From assembly GCF_000015025.1 (NCBI RefSeq), contig NC_008578.1, positions 1,980,001 to 2,012,000 of the forward strand: a stretch of DNA of 32,000 bases. The letters run 5' to 3'. Made by a program: the position numbers and the translations under genes. Source of the stretch: Acidothermus cellulolyticus 11B. Its GTDB lineage: Bacteria; Actinomycetota; Actinomycetes; Acidothermales; Acidothermaceae. The notes beneath the pieces are model-generated. The model ran no database searches and had not been told where the DNA came from. It worked only from the letters and a program-made list of their open reading frames with translations. This document shows, piece by piece, positions 9,567 to 21,762 of the stretch. Numbering within the stretch: position 1 is the stretch's first letter; the number at the start of each line of letters is the position of its first letter.

Positions 9567-9676
9567 GTGATCTCCCTTCGTGCTGCGGAGCCTACCCGAC
9601 GTGACCAGGGTCAGCAGCCGTGACCAGGATCGGCAGCCGGCAGCAGGGTCAGCAGCCGGCTTGAATCCACAGCGTC

Positions 9677-9707
9677 TTGACATGCGCAAGTGAGCTCACT
9701 TTAATTT
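9677..9707 (+). promoter_or_regulatory. Predicted sigma-A-type promoter giving a leaderless mRNA for the LysM gene
   Basis: TTGACA at 9677-9682. The -10 candidates are TTTAAT 9700-9705 (17-nt spacer) and TAATTT 9702-9707 (TANNNT). ATG 9714 lies 6-8 nt downstream and no Shine-Dalgarno is present. The spacer contains the perfect 10-bp palindrome GTGAGCTCAC (9691-9700). Confidence 0.5.
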
Positions 9708-9713
9708 CACGCC

Positions 9714-10493
9714 ATGTACTCAGAAGTAAACGCAAGCAAACGTTGGCATCTGCGGGCTGCCTGGGTGGCGCTGCTCGTCACGGGCATGGGAGTGATCGCA
9801 CTGTGGGCGGGCGGATCGCCCCGGCGGCTGCTCGCCGCGCTGCAGCATCCGGCTGACTTCGATGCGCTCATCCGGTGTGTGGCGGCAAGCGTCGCGCTCG
9901 TCCTGTGCGCCTGGTTTCTGTTCGCGATCGTCGGCGTCCTGGCCGCGCACCTAGCCGCAGCCGCAAGCCGGACACCCCGGCGCCTCCTGCTCGGCATCGC
10001 AGCCGTGCTCGACCGCGTCACGCCCCGGGTGATCCGCCGCCTAGCCCGCGCCGCGGTCGGCGCCACACTTGCCCTCGGTCCGGTCGCCGGCTACAGCGCG
10101 CCGAGCTGGGCGGTCCCGTCGGCGCCGCCAGGTGCTACGAGCGGGAGCGTCGCCGCCGACGCCGGTAGCTTCACCCTCGACTGGCCCACTGTGCCGTCCA
10201 GCAGCCCGCCCACTGCGCCGTCCGACCGCTGGCCCACTGTGCCGTCCGGCAGCCCGAGGTCATTGCCGCCCCCCGACGATCCGAGCGGCGACATCCACGT
10301 CGTCGTACCCGGCGACACGCTCTGGGACATCGCCGGGAAACATCTCGCCGCCCGTGATGGTGGTCACCCGCCGTCGGCCGCCGCGATCGCGAAGGAGTGG
10401 CCACGCTGGTACGCCGCGAACCGCGTGATCATCGGTGGCGATCCAAACCTGCTGTTCCCAGGAGAGCGGCTGCAACCCCCAGCAGAGAGCTGA
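9714..10493 (+). CDS. LysM-domain membrane protein
   Basis: Track ORF. It has N-terminal hydrophobic segments and a Pro/Ser-rich linker with a 48-bp internal repeat (10181-10207 and 10229-10255, WPTVPS(S/G)SP). The C-terminal LysM motif is HVVVPGDTLWDIAGKHL...WPRWYAANRVIIGGDPNLLFPGERL. Confidence 0.85.
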   Translation: MYSEVNASKRWHLRAAWVALLVTGMGVIALWAGGSPRRLLAALQHPADFDALIRCVAASVALVLCAWFLFAIVGVLAAHLAAAASRTPRRLLLGIAAVLDRVTPRVIRRLARAAVGATLALGPVAGYSAPSWAVPSAPPGATSGSVAADAGSFTLDWPTVPSSSPPTAPSDRWPTVPSGSPRSLPPPDDPSGDIHVVVPGDTLWDIAGKHLAARDGGHPPSAAAIAKEWPRWYAANRVIIGGDPNLLFPGERLQPPAES

Positions 10494-10662
10494 GCCGTTT
10501 CGGAAGTACGCCGCACACCCACCCGTACACCTCAACCGTGACCCCATAACTCGCCTTTGAGCGAATCCCGCGCAACCGGACCCGAGCCGGACAACTCGAT
10601 CTCGACTCAACCCGTGCGTCTCGACTTTTGCCTTTTGCCGCATTCGATCAGAAGGGATAACC

Positions 10663-11647
10663 ATGACCGCCTCGCCTGCCGTCGAACCCGTCGTTTCCAC
10701 CCACCGAGGCCGGCTTCCTGCTCGGCAGACGTCGGCCGATACGGCCGGTCGATCAGCCGTCGGCGCACATACCGACGCCGGCACGGCGGCCGTCGGCGCG
10801 CGGACCGCGGCCGGCACGTCGGCTGACGAGACCGCCGCCGACACCGCGGCCCGGGACGTCGCCGGGGACATGGCGGCCCGGGACGTCGCCGAGAGCACGG
10901 CGGCCCGGAACGGCGTTCGCGCCCTTGGGCCGGCTGGTCGGCCCGCACTGCGACGCGTGCCGGTACCGGACCCGGATCCCGCCTTTGACGACGAAACGAG
11001 CGAGGAGATCGGATGGGAGACCACCGCCCTTCCGTTCGCCGCGTTCAGCACGGCAACTCCCCCATCAGTCCGGTCCAGAGCCCACCTGCGCCTCGTCCCA
11101 GGGCGGCATCGCGGGCGGGGTCGCGGACGGCGTTCCGGCCGGCGGCGCGGGTGGCGTCGGCGGCGTCCGGGCTGACGTCACCGGCATCGCGGACGGCGTC
11201 CAGGCGGGCATCCCGGCGGGCGTCGGCGGCGTCCCGAAGCACGCGATCCACGGCGGCGCGCCGGCATTGGGATCGCCATCCCACCTGCCGCCACCGCGCC
11301 CGTGGGCGACCCAGCTCGCTCAAGCAATCGCAGAGATCGTCACCGGAACGCGGCCCCCTCAGCAGCTCATCCGCTGGACAAGCCTGGAAGTCTTCGAGGC
11401 CCTGCGGCATCGCGCGGCGTCCGCCGCCCGGACGACGGGAAGCCCCGCACTCCGCCCGCCGGCGCGACCTGCCACAGCCGGGCCGGTTGGACGGGCGATC
11501 GTCCGTTCGGTGCGCATCTGCGAACCCACATCGGGGGCCGTCGAGGTGAGTGCCGTCGTTCAATACGGCCCCCGCTGCCGCGCGATGGCGTTCCGTCTCG
11601 ACGGCATCAACGGGCGATGGCGATGCACCGCGTTGCAGCTCGGCTGA
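10663..11647 (+). pseudogene. Rv3235-family protein gene, apparently interrupted by a frame change near the C5 run 11059-11063
   Basis: The N-terminal part is in the frame of ORF 10663..11175 (...LRRVPVPDPDPAFDDETSEE..., high GC3 up to about 11060). The C-terminal conserved core is in the frame of ORF 10925..11647 (PRPWATQLAQAIAEIVTGTRPPQQLIRWTSLEVFEALRHRA...VEVSAVVQYGPRCRAMAFRLDGINGRWRCTALQLG, high GC3 from about 11065). After the switch point each frame becomes an Arg-rich shadow in the other's territory. Adjacency to secA matches Rv3235-secA1 synteny. Confidence 0.6.
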
Positions 11648-11733
11648 CCAGAAGCCGAACCGGCTCGATCACGCTGACCACCGGAATCACCCGGCCGGCC
11701 GCATCACCCGACGAGTGGGCGCGACGGCCGCGG

Positions 11734-14700
11734 TCATCCCGCGTTTCGCGGGTCGCCGTGGCACCGCTTGTACGGTTTGCCGGAACCACACGGGCACTTG
11801 GCGCTTCGCGGCGTCCCGGCGTACATGAGCGGGCGCGCCTGTTCGCCGGCACCCGCCCGCTGGCGCGACGCGGACGCCGGCGATGGACCGCGTGCCGCCG
11901 CTCCTGAGGGACGACGCTCGTCGACGGTCATCGCCGTAGCCTCTCCCGACCCCGCCGCCCCGTCGATGGTCGGCGCGGTGTACTGCAACCGGGTCGGACG
12001 CGGCGGGGCAAGCAACTTGGCGACCGGCGAGTCCGCGAGCCGCATCCCGGCACCCGGCGACAGCGCGGCTGCCGCGGGGACCGGCTGCTGCCCCGGTGCC
12101 GTCGCTGCGGGGACCGGCTGCAGTGCCGGCCCTGATGCACCGGCCGGCTGTGGTACTGCGACACCGGCCGTACCCTCCGCGGCGGTTCCCGCGCCGTCGG
12201 CCGCCGCCGTCGCCGCGACCGGAGCTTCCGCCACGGGCGTGACCTGAACATCCACGCTGAACAGCAGGCGGACCGATTCCTCCTTGATGCCGTCCAGCAT
12301 GGTTTGGAACATCGTGTACCCCTCGCGCTGGTACTCGACGAGAGGATCCCGCTGACCGTACGAGCGGAGTTGGATGCCCTCCTGCAGGTAGTCCATCTCG
12401 TAGAGGTGCTCACGCCATTTGCGGTCGAGCACGGCGAGGACGACGCGGCGTTCTAACTCCCGTATCACGGGCTGACCATCGGGCAGCGTCCCAAGCGCCG
12501 CCTCCCGTTCTGCGTACGCCCGGTGGGCATCCTCCGTCAGGCGTTCGATGAGGAACTCCGCGGTGAGACCGCTGCGGTCGCCTCCGCACTCGGCCACCAC
12601 CTGGTCGATCGTCAGACCGACCGGGTACAACGAGCGGAGCGCCGTCCAGAGCTGCTCGAGGTCCCAATCTTCGGCGTATCCCTCCTCGGTCGCCGCTCGG
12701 ACGTAGTCGCGAATGACGTCGTCAATCATGTGGCCGACCTGCTCGTGCAGGTCGTCGCCGTGGAGGACACGACGCCGTTCGGCGTAAATGACGGCGCGCT
12801 GCTTGTTCAAGACTTCGTCGTACTTCAAGACGTTCTTGCGGATTTCGAAATTCTGCTGCTCGACCTGCGTCTGCGCGGACCGAATGGCGCGGGTGACCAT
12901 TTTCGATTCCAGCGGGACGTCCTCCGGGTAATTCAGCGTCTCCATGATGCGCTGCACCATAGGGCCGTTGAACAACCGCATGAGGTCGTCTTCCAAAGAG
13001 AGGTAGAACCGGGACTCCCCCGGATCTCCCTGCCGGCCCGACCGGCCGCGCAACTGGTTGTCGATACGGCGCGAATCATGCCGCTCGGTTCCCAAGACAT
13101 ACAGGCCGCCCAGCTGGACGACTTCATCATGTTCGGCCGCAACGGCCTTCTTCCACTTCTCCAGCACCTCCGGCCAGGCCGCCTCGTATTCCTCGGGGGT
13201 GTCGACCGGAGAAAGCCCGCGTTCCGCCAACTCCTGGCGGGCAAGGAATTCGGGGTTTCCGCCGAGCATGATGTCCGTGCCCCGGCCCGCCATGTTGGTG
13301 GCCACGGTCACGGCGCCCTTACGACCAGCCTGCGCGACGATCGCCGCTTCCTTCTCGTGATACTTCGCGTTCAGCACGGCGTGCGGAATGCCGCGGCGCA
13401 ACAGCATTCCGGACAACAGTTCGGATTTCTCCACGGACGTCGTACCGACGAGCACCGGCTGGCCCTTGGCATGCCGCTGGGCAATGTCCTCGACGACAGC
13501 GGCAAATTTAGCCTTCTCCGTCTTGAACACGACGTCCGGTTGATCAATCCGGATCATCGGCCTATTCGTCGGGATCGGGACGACGCCGAGCTTGTAGATC
13601 TGATGAAATTCGTTCGCCTCGGTCATTGCCGTCCCGGTCATGCCGGCGAGTTTCTCGTACAACCGGAAGTAATTCTGCAAGGTGATCGTGGCGAGCGTCT
13701 GATTCTCCTGCTTGATCGGCACGCCTTCCTTGGCTTCAATCGCCTGGTGCATTCCCTCGTTGTACCGACGTCCATACAGGATGCGCCCGGTGAACTCGTC
13801 GACGATGAGGACCTCGCCGTCGATGACGACGTAATCACGATCCCGCTTGTACAGTTCTTTAGCCCGCAACGCGTTGTGCAGGTAGCCGACGAGCGGCGTG
13901 TTGGTCGGCTCATACAGATTGTCAATACCGAGCCAGTCCTCCACCCGCTGCACGCCGCGTTCGGTAATCGAAATCGTGCGCTTCTTCTCGTCGACCTCGT
14001 AGTCGCCTTCGCCGTTCTCACCGCGCTGCAAGCGCTCAGCGAGCTTGGCGAAATCGGTGTACCACTTCTGGTTCATGTCAACGGGGCCGGAAATGATGAG
14101 CGGCGTCCGGGCCTCGTCGATGAGAATCGAGTCAACCTCGTCGACGATGGCGTAGAAGTGCCCCCGTTGGACAATCTCATCGACGCTCCAGGCCATGTTG
14201 TCCCGGAGATAGTCGAAGCCGAATTCGTTGTTGGTTCCGTAGGTGATGTCAGCCGCGTAGGCCTTCTTGCGTTCCGCAGGGCCCATCTGCGGCGAAATGA
14301 CGCCAACCTCTAGGCCGAGGAAGCGGTGAATTCGCCCCATCCATTCCGCGTCCCGGCGGGCCAGATAGTCATTGACCGTCACCACGTGGACGCCGCGGCC
14401 CGCAAGCGCGTTGAGATATGCCGGGAGCGTGGAGACGAGGGTCTTGCCCTCACCGGTCTTCATCTCGGCAATGTTGCCGAAGTGCAGGGCCGCCCCACCC
14501 ATGATCTGGACGTCGAAGTGCCGCTGCCCGAGGGTACGCTTGGCCGCCTCCCGTACCGCGGCGAATGCCTCGGGGAGCAGGTCGTCGAGGCTTTCGCCGT
14601 CGGCGTAGCGTGCCCGGAATTCGTCCGTCAGGCCGCGCAACTCGCCGTCGGAGAGCTTGGCGAACTCATCCTCGATCGAGTTCACCTGCTCGGCGATGGC

Positions 14701-14763
14701 CTTCAGCTTGCGCAGAATCTTGCCTTCACCGGCACGGAGCAGCTTGTCAAGCAGTGCGGGCAC
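11734..14763 (-). CDS. secA: Preprotein translocase ATPase SecA
   Basis: Track ORF 11734..14769 (TTG). I prefer GTG 14763, because GAGGAG sits 6 nt upstream ([21 protein letters not shown]). Canonical SecA motifs are present throughout ([38 protein letters not shown]), plus the C-terminal zinc-binding tail [14 protein letters not shown] after an Ala/Pro-rich linker. Confidence 0.97.
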   Translation of the reverse strand: MPALLDKLLRAGEGKILRKLKAIAEQVNSIEDEFAKLSDGELRGLTDEFRARYADGESLDDLLPEAFAAVREAAKRTLGQRHFDVQIMGGAALHFGNIAEMKTGEGKTLVSTLPAYLNALAGRGVHVVTVNDYLARRDAEWMGRIHRFLGLEVGVISPQMGPAERKKAYAADITYGTNNEFGFDYLRDNMAWSVDEIVQRGHFYAIVDEVDSILIDEARTPLIISGPVDMNQKWYTDFAKLAERLQRGENGEGDYEVDEKKRTISITERGVQRVEDWLGIDNLYEPTNTPLVGYLHNALRAKELYKRDRDYVVIDGEVLIVDEFTGRILYGRRYNEGMHQAIEAKEGVPIKQENQTLATITLQNYFRLYEKLAGMTGTAMTEANEFHQIYKLGVVPIPTNRPMIRIDQPDVVFKTEKAKFAAVVEDIAQRHAKGQPVLVGTTSVEKSELLSGMLLRRGIPHAVLNAKYHEKEAAIVAQAGRKGAVTVATNMAGRGTDIMLGGNPEFLARQELAERGLSPVDTPEEYEAAWPEVLEKWKKAVAAEHDEVVQLGGLYVLGTERHDSRRIDNQLRGRSGRQGDPGESRFYLSLEDDLMRLFNGPMVQRIMETLNYPEDVPLESKMVTRAIRSAQTQVEQQNFEIRKNVLKYDEVLNKQRAVIYAERRRVLHGDDLHEQVGHMIDDVIRDYVRAATEEGYAEDWDLEQLWTALRSLYPVGLTIDQVVAECGGDRSGLTAEFLIERLTEDAHRAYAEREAALGTLPDGQPVIRELERRVVLAVLDRKWREHLYEMDYLQEGIQLRSYGQRDPLVEYQREGYTMFQTMLDGIKEESVRLLFSVDVQVTPVAEAPVAATAAADGAGTAAEGTAGVAVPQPAGASGPALQPVPAATAPGQQPVPAAAALSPGAGMRLADSPVAKLLAPPRPTRLQYTAPTIDGAAGSGEATAMTVDERRPSGAAARGPSPASASRQRAGAGEQARPLMYAGTPRSAKCPCGSGKPYKRCHGDPRNAG

Positions 14764-14879
14764 AGCCAACTCCTCGTTCAGCGGCGGATCGGTGCGGGAT
14801 AGGTCGGAGCAGGTGATTGCCTCCGGTCCATGTCCCCCGCCCTGTCATGGTAGGGGAGCCGGCCGGCCGATGACGGCAG

Positions 14880-14897
14880 CGAGATCACGTGATCTCG
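14880..14897. other. Perfect 18-bp palindrome CGAGATCACGTGATCTCG spanning the response-regulator stop codon
   Basis: Read directly from the sequence. It is its own reverse complement and is centred on CACGTG. The stop codon (tca 14885-14887) lies inside it. Confidence 0.9.
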
Positions 14898-15796
14898 AGC
14901 AGCTTCTCGCGGACGGCGTACACCACCGCCTCCATCCGCGAGTGCAGCTGGAGCTTCTCCAAGATATTGCGCACGTGGTTCTTGACCGTGTTCTCCGAGA
15001 TGAAGAGCTGCTTGGCGATGTCCCGGTTGTTGAGCCCCTTGGCAACCAGCCGGAGCACTTCCATTTCCCGTTCGGTGAGCTTGGGTGCGGGGACCTGGTG
15101 CCGGGCGTCACCGCGCTTGATGAGGGAGGCGAACTCATTCAGCAGCTTCGAGGCCATCGACGGACTGATCAACGATTGGCCGCCGTGGACCGCGCGGATC
15201 GCCGCCGCCACCTCGTCGATCGAAATCTCCTTGAGGAGATAGCCCATGGCCCCGGCCTTGATCGCTTCGTAGAGATCGGCTTCTTCATCGCTGATCGTCA
15301 ACATGATGATCTTCGCCGAGGGACAAACCTCCTTGATCGCCGCGCACGCCTCGATACCCGTCCGCTTCGGCATCCGTACGTCGAGCAGGACGACGTCCGG
15401 CAGCGTCTCCGCTGCTCGGGCCACCGCCTCCGCACCGTCGCTGGCTTCTGCGACCAGTTGGATATCCGGCTCCTGGCGGAGCACCATCTCCAAGCCCCGG
15501 CGGAAAAGAGCGTGATCGTCGGCGACGAGTACCTTGATCGGGTCAACGTCACCCGTCGCGTCTGTCGCGGGGGCGTCAGGCGCGGTCGCGGGAGCCGGCC
15601 CGCTCGCGGGAGCCGGCCCGTTGGCGCCATGGGCGCGATTGCCTCCCGGGTAGGGCGGTCGCAGCGACTGACCTGGGACCGGTGCCCGAACGGTCGCTCC
15701 GGTCGACCCAGGCGCCGGCGCGTCGTCGCGGCGCGGCCACGATGCCTGGTCAGAACCGATCGGGCGCAGTACCCTCGGCTGCTCTCCGCTCGTCAT
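14885..15796 (-). CDS. NarL/LuxR-family two-component response regulator with Pro/Ala-rich N-terminal extension
   Basis: This is the C-terminal 303 codons of track ORF 14885..16132. The receiver domain is KVLVADDHALFRRGLEMVLR...VVLLDVRMPKRTG and the LuxR HTH is LTEREMEVLRLVAKGLNNRDIAKQLFISENTVKNHVRNILEKL. ATG 15796 is the nearest in-frame ATG/GTG upstream of the receiver domain and lies downstream of the hpf stop. The longer ORF overlaps hpf and runs through tandem repeats. Confidence 0.88.
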   Translation of the reverse strand: MTSGEQPRVLRPIGSDQASWPRRDDAPAPGSTGATVRAPVPGQSLRPPYPGGNRAHGANGPAPASGPAPATAPDAPATDATGDVDPIKVLVADDHALFRRGLEMVLRQEPDIQLVAEASDGAEAVARAAETLPDVVLLDVRMPKRTGIEACAAIKEVCPSAKIIMLTISDEEADLYEAIKAGAMGYLLKEISIDEVAAAIRAVHGGQSLISPSMASKLLNEFASLIKRGDARHQVPAPKLTEREMEVLRLVAKGLNNRDIAKQLFISENTVKNHVRNILEKLQLHSRMEAVVYAVREKLLEIT

Positions 15797-15848
15797 GTCC
15801 ACCCTGCCCTTCCCCGCTCTGGTCAGGTATACGACGATATGCCCCGAT

Positions 15849-16829
15849 TCATCCGGTAGCCAGCCGACGCGCCTGAGCAGACTCCCCGACTGGAGCGGCG
15901 CGGTCCCCGGCCGGAGCAGACTCCCCGACTGGAGCGGCGCGGTCCCCGGCCGGAGCAGACTCCCCGGCCGGAGCGCCGGCCCGAGCCGCACGGTCCCCGG
16001 CCGAAGCCCCGGCCGAAGCCCCGGCCGAAGCCCCGGCCGAAGCCGGTCCGCCCTCGGCCCGAGCCGGCCCGGGGATGTCCGGACCATCCGCCGGCACGCT
16101 CGCGGCTGCATGGCGGCCGTCCGCTGGTTCACCCGTGACCAGCCGGATCACGCCGTAGTCGTAACCGCGGCGCCGATAAACGACGCTCGGCAAGTGGCTG
16201 TCCCGATCGACGAAGAGAAAGAAATCGTGGCCCACCAACTCCATCTCATAGAGCGCCTGATCCAGCGTCATCGGTGCGGCGACATGGACTTTCTCCCGTA
16301 CGACGAGCGGGCCGGACTGCTGCACGGCGACGTCGTCCCCCTCGGTGACAACGTCGAGTCCATGCTGAATCTCCGCGCCCACCATGGGGACGTCGCCGTC
16401 GCTGGTCTCCACGCTCGACGCTGCCTTAGCCGACGGCACCGAGGTCCTTGCGGCAACCGGTGACGCTGCGTCCGTCGGCGGCACGGCGTTCGCCGCGGCG
16501 ACCAGCGAGGGTGCGCGGTTCCCGCGATGGACCCGACGACGGTCGGCAGCCTTGCGAAGCCGCGCTTCGAGCTTCTCCCAGGCCAGGTCAAATGCGGCGG
16601 TCATCGTCTCGGCGGCGGCTTCCGCCCGGATCGGCGGGCCGGCGGAGATGCACGTCAACTCGACCCGCTCGCATGAGTCAGCCAGCCGCGGATTGCGTTC
16701 GCGGGAAATCTCGACATCGACCCGGATGACCTTCGGGCAGAGCTTCTCGACCTTGGCCAGCTTCTCCTGGACGTAAGACCGGACACGCGCCGGAACCTCC
16801 ACTTTCCGGCTAGTCACTACGATCTCCAC
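15849..16829 (-). CDS. hpf: Long-form ribosome hibernation promoting factor (HPF/RaiA) with repeat-encoded C-terminal tail
   Basis: GTG 16829 with GGGAGG 4 nt upstream. The N-terminal domain is MEIVVTSRKVEVPARVRSYVQEKLAKVEKL...VELTC. The C-terminal dimerisation domain is VVREKVHVAAPMTLDQALYEMELVGHDFFLFVDRDSHLPSVVYRRRGYDYGVIRL. About 70 extra Ala/Gly/Pro/Ser-rich residues follow before the stop at 15849. Confidence 0.9.
   Translation of the reverse strand: MEIVVTSRKVEVPARVRSYVQEKLAKVEKLCPKVIRVDVEISRERNPRLADSCERVELTCISAGPPIRAEAAAETMTAAFDLAWEKLEARLRKAADRRRVHRGNRAPSLVAAANAVPPTDAASPVAARTSVPSAKAASSVETSDGDVPMVGAEIQHGLDVVTEGDDVAVQQSGPLVVREKVHVAAPMTLDQALYEMELVGHDFFLFVDRDSHLPSVVYRRRGYDYGVIRLVTGEPADGRHAAASVPADGPDIPGPARAEGGPASAGASAGASAGASAGDRAARAGAPAGESAPAGDRAAPVGESAPAGDRAAPVGESAQARRLATG
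15875..15965. repeat. 39-bp perfect tandem repeat x2 plus 13-nt partial third copy
   Basis: 15875-15913 and 15914-15952 are both gagcagactccccgactggagcggcgcggtccccggccg. A third copy starts at 15953 and matches for 13 nt. In the hpf frame this encodes PAGDRAAPVGESA twice. Confidence 0.95.
15995..16042. repeat. 12-bp perfect tandem repeat x4 (ccccggccgaag)
   Basis: Four identical units at 15995-16006, 16007-16018, 16019-16030 and 16031-16042. They encode (ASAG)x4 in the hpf frame. Confidence 0.95.
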
Positions 16830-17248
16830 GGAACCTCCCGCCTATCGCATCCGGGAAGACCGCCACCTGCGTCGTGACGCCCGCCCGGCCGACCTGGTCT
16901 TCGACCCCACACTCGCCTGCCGAGGTCTTCGCAGCCTACCTGCGATGGCACCACGGACCTGAACTCCTCCGGTAGGTGTCGGACCTACCGAAGTGGCAGG
17001 ACTTACGTCTAAGCCGCACCGTGATCGGACGACGGTGTGTCGCCTTACGTGGGCCGTTTTGCCTGCGGCTGGCATCGGCTTGTTGGGCCTGCCGGGTGTG
17101 ACCGCCCGATCACCCCTGGCTCGATGCGGCCCAACGCAACCACGGACCCGAGCGGACGTCACGGCACAAAACTAGACCGAATTGCCCGTTCCGCATAGCC
17201 CCGAAACGGCGGAATCCCGAATGGTCGAGACCACATGGCCATCCATGC

Positions 17249-17959
17249 TCAACACGTTCCGCCGCGCCGCAGTCTGGTCGCCGCGACCGTCACCGCGCCA
17301 AACACCGGCACGCCGCCGGCCCGCAGGGCACGCACCGCTTCACCCAGGGTGGCGCCGGTCGTCACGATGTCGTCCAGGACGAGGACGGCGGTCCGCCGCG
17401 GCGGGTCGGCCTGTTCGCGGCGGAATCGTGCCGCCATCCCCGGCGACACCGTGTACGCGCCGGCGAGATTCACGAACCGTTCGGTCGCTGCCAGCGCAGC
17501 CTGATCGGCTACCGTCCGCCGACACCGCAGGAGGCGCGCGACGCGGGTCGGCGGGACGGCGGCATGGGCTGCCGCCCGGGCAAGTTCGGCCACCGGCTCC
17601 CAGCCCCGGGCGCGCAACGCCGTCCGCGTCGATGGAATGGGAACCACCACGATGCGGTCGGCGGTGGCGGCCAGGAAATCCAGGTTCCGAACGAGCAATG
17701 CGGCAAGGACATCGCGCAGATCGCGCCGGCCGTGCTCCTTGTACGCGAGAAGCAGACGACGCAACGGACCCTCGTACCCGCCCGCCGCAACCACCGGTAC
17801 GCCCTCGGCGAGTTGCCGTGCAACCAACGGCCCGGCCCGGATGGCCGCGTCGCACACCGCGCAGAGCGACCCCGGCGGTGCGTCGCGGCCACAGCCGGGA
17901 CAGGCGCACGCCACGAGGAGTTCGGCGACGGCCCGCCCAGCGGCGCGCAACCATGACAC
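17249..17959 (-). CDS. comF: ComF-family phosphoribosyltransferase-domain protein
   Basis: Track ORF. It has an N-terminal double CxxC (CACPGCG...CAVCD) and a C-terminal PRTase motif VLVLDDIVTTGATLGEAV. The position between lpqB and hpf matches conserved actinobacterial synteny. Confidence 0.85.
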   Translation of the reverse strand: MSWLRAAGRAVAELLVACACPGCGRDAPPGSLCAVCDAAIRAGPLVARQLAEGVPVVAAGGYEGPLRRLLLAYKEHGRRDLRDVLAALLVRNLDFLAATADRIVVVPIPSTRTALRARGWEPVAELARAAAHAAVPPTRVARLLRCRRTVADQAALAATERFVNLAGAYTVSPGMAARFRREQADPPRRTAVLVLDDIVTTGATLGEAVRALRAGGVPVFGAVTVAATRLRRGGTC

Positions 17960-18220
17960 GGTTCAGGGTCCACCGCGCGGGTGTTGGTCGAACCCCGAGC
18001 GCGCGTGGGTGTTGACAGAGCCGACGGCAGGTGTGGACGCGTAGCGGAGCATGCGGGTGGCGGCAGCCGGGACGATGCGCAGCGGACGACGGATTGCGGG
18101 CGGCGGAGCGCGGCCACCAGCGGAGATCGGACGGCAGCAGAATCTGCCGGCTGTCGCGGCGGTGGTGGTCGCACGGGCACGGCCTCACGTGAAGATCGGA
18201 CCACCGCGCAATGCCGTTGG

Positions 18221-21756
<3,536 letters not shown>

Positions 21757-21762
21757 GGCTCG

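Noticed and set aside
10181-10255. 48-bp-period direct repeat inside the LysM gene (ctggcccactgtgccgtcc[a/g]gcagccc at 10181-10207 and 10229-10255).
   Set aside because: It is in-frame and encodes a duplicated WPTVPS(S/G)SP segment of a Pro/Ser-rich linker. This is ordinary low-complexity linker expansion rather than a separate element.
11734-12250. The roughly 150-residue Ala/Pro/Gly-rich insertion before the SecA zinc-binding tail.
   Set aside because: Extended low-complexity C-terminal linkers are common in actinobacterial SecA1 proteins. The frame is continuous and ends in the canonical [14 protein letters not shown] motif.
12523-14313. Very long ORFs antisense to or off-frame from recognised genes. 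Examples are 12523..14313 (+, 596 aa, antisense to secA), 26331..28316 (+, 661 aa), 19223..20671 and 19864..21366 (+), 21496..22788 (+), 30381..31679 (-), 23793..24704 (-), 17340..18386 (-), 1375..2277 (-) and 4483..5472 (+).
   Set aside because: They have Arg/Pro/Gly/Ser-rich, low-complexity, non-protein-like composition and low GC3 relative to the overlapping frame. Each overlaps a gene with clear family motifs. This is the typical shadow-ORF behaviour of high-GC DNA, where stop codons are rare.
15875-16042. The tandem repeats here, and those at 6491-6570, 27215-27401 and 31015-31082, considered as possible CRISPR arrays.
   Set aside because: The units are directly adjacent, or there are only two copies with one short spacer. 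There is no repeat-spacer periodicity of 28-37 plus 30-40 bp, and no cas genes are present.
15797-16132. The 5' extension of the response-regulator ORF (14885..16132, 415 aa) with LRPG/LLRPGTAPLQSGS repeats.
   Set aside because: It overlaps the hpf 3' end in another frame and is generated by the same tandem DNA repeats. The hpf frame is anchored by a conserved dimerisation domain, and ATG 15796 lies just past the hpf stop.
17960-18220. The 260-bp lpqB-comF spacer, with a duplicated CAACACCC(A/G)CGCG motif (minus-strand sense) and a single TGTGGAC box at 18032-18038.
   Set aside because: The motifs are short and there is only one DnaA-like box, which is within chance expectation for the window. 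It is mentioned only as context for the main DnaA-box cluster.
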